64,000 nucleotides of DNA from Camelus ferus. Its lineage: Eukaryota. The position numbers and the translations under genes are program-made. Each line of letters opens with the position of its first letter. Within the stretch, counting starts at the first letter, position 1. This document shows, one piece after another, positions 62,978 through 64,000 of the stretch. A model generated the notes under the pieces. That model was not told the origin of the DNA and ran no database searches. It worked only from the letters and a program-made list of their open reading frames with translations. The stretch covers positions 121,150,001 to 121,214,000 of the forward strand of contig NC_045697.1 of assembly GCF_009834535.1 (NCBI RefSeq). Direction: 5' to 3'.

Positions 62978-63480
62978 TGTGTCAGAAGGCCTAACATCGT
63001 ATATATAAATTAATATAATTCACATGATCTCAATAACAAATAGCATCATGATTCTTCTGGAAAGCGAGGGTGTGATTATGCCATGCATATAAAAAATAAA
63101 CGAAGAATAGCCAGATACTGAAATGCATTATGACGCAAACAGATATTAAAATAGCACAATAAGAGGCTATAATTAAAGCAGTGCAGTGATGTAAGATGGT
63201 GATAACAGGCACAGATGGAGCAATGGAAGAGGACTAAGTCCAGATACAGATCCGAAGGGGATAGGGCAGTTTAGGAGATGCTAAAAGTCGCCTTTTAAAT
63301 TAGTAACTATTCACAAATGGTGTTTGAAACAACTGAATGGCCACCTTGAAAAAAATAATTAACTTTTATTTCTATTTTATATACACCACCAAAATAAATG
63401 CCAGACTGATGGAAGATTTAAATGAATAAATATGGAATTATAAAAACACAAGGAACAATGGGAGAATGTTTTTTAACTCA
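62978..63480 (+). mobile_element. Old degraded L1 ORF2, part 2 (continuation)
   Basis: gctataattaaagcagtg...caatggaagag...ccagatacagatcc...ctattcacaaatggtgtttgaaacaactg...caccaccaaaataaatgccaga..gatggaagatttaaatg follows the L1 ORF2 order after the insertion. Confidence 0.75.
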
Positions 63481-64000
63481 GAGCGGAGTACTTGATTTCA
63501 GTCTTTAGATCAAAGTGTATCATCAGATGTCATGCTTCCTACTTGGAGCAAGTTGCTTAGCCCCTTAACAGAGACCATATTAATGTTGCTGTAAAACACT
63601 GTTTATGGAGACTGTCCTGCCACATCTCTCACTGTAACCTCGCCATGAAAAAATTCCTTCTAGGTTTTTCCTTCTAAGAAGTGCTCTGCTTCTCCTGAGG
63701 AACTCATGCATCAAGCTTTCCATGTAAGAACATCAATTCTGTGTCACTTTTTCTTTTGGCTACCTTGAAACTCCCAGTTAAATTTGAAACCTGGATCATT
63801 GTCTGTTATGACTACGATTCTTACTGTCTTTTTCTTTGTCCCAATTTTCTCTTTATAGTTCAGTATTATATATCCTTGAGTCATTACTATGAGCCACCTC
63901 ACATCTACTATTAATATCCCAAAAGGCAAGGTATTAATAAATACAAATAGCACATCAGATTATCTCGTCTGATCCTCAGAAATGCCTGGTGTGGGGTAGA

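Overview
Eukaryotic (mammalian) DNA in two parts separated by a 100-N scaffold gap (49972-50071). Bases 1-49971 are an uninterrupted, head-to-tail, GC- and CpG-rich satellite with a ~265-266 bp monomer, probably centromeric or pericentromeric. It is organised in higher-order repeats (HORs) in three layers. Layer 1 (1-~33900) holds 15/14/15/12/15/12/15/11/11-mer variants of an inferred 16-mer, including a ~7.15 kb tandem duplication and a 2910 bp triplication. Layer 2 (~33900-35750) is a 795 bp 3-mer. Layer 3 (35750-49971) is a more irregular family built on a ~1591 bp 6-mer, whose last ~2.7 kb looks like error-rich contig end. The ORFs over the satellite are artefacts of the repeat. Bases 50072-64000 are AT-rich unique DNA with MIR, L2, LTR33-like, MLT1, MER5A-like, Tigger2-like, L1 and two ERV1-like solo-LTR elements. 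This flank also has an RTRAF (C14orf166/CGI-99) processed pseudogene with poly(A) and target-site duplications, and possible remnants of an unidentified multi-exon gene on the minus strand. The young L1 3' ends resemble, from memory, cetartiodactyl/camelid L1s, so a camelid host is suspected but unverified. No intact protein-coding gene, RNA gene or CRISPR array is supported. All repeat-family names were assigned by eye, without a database search.
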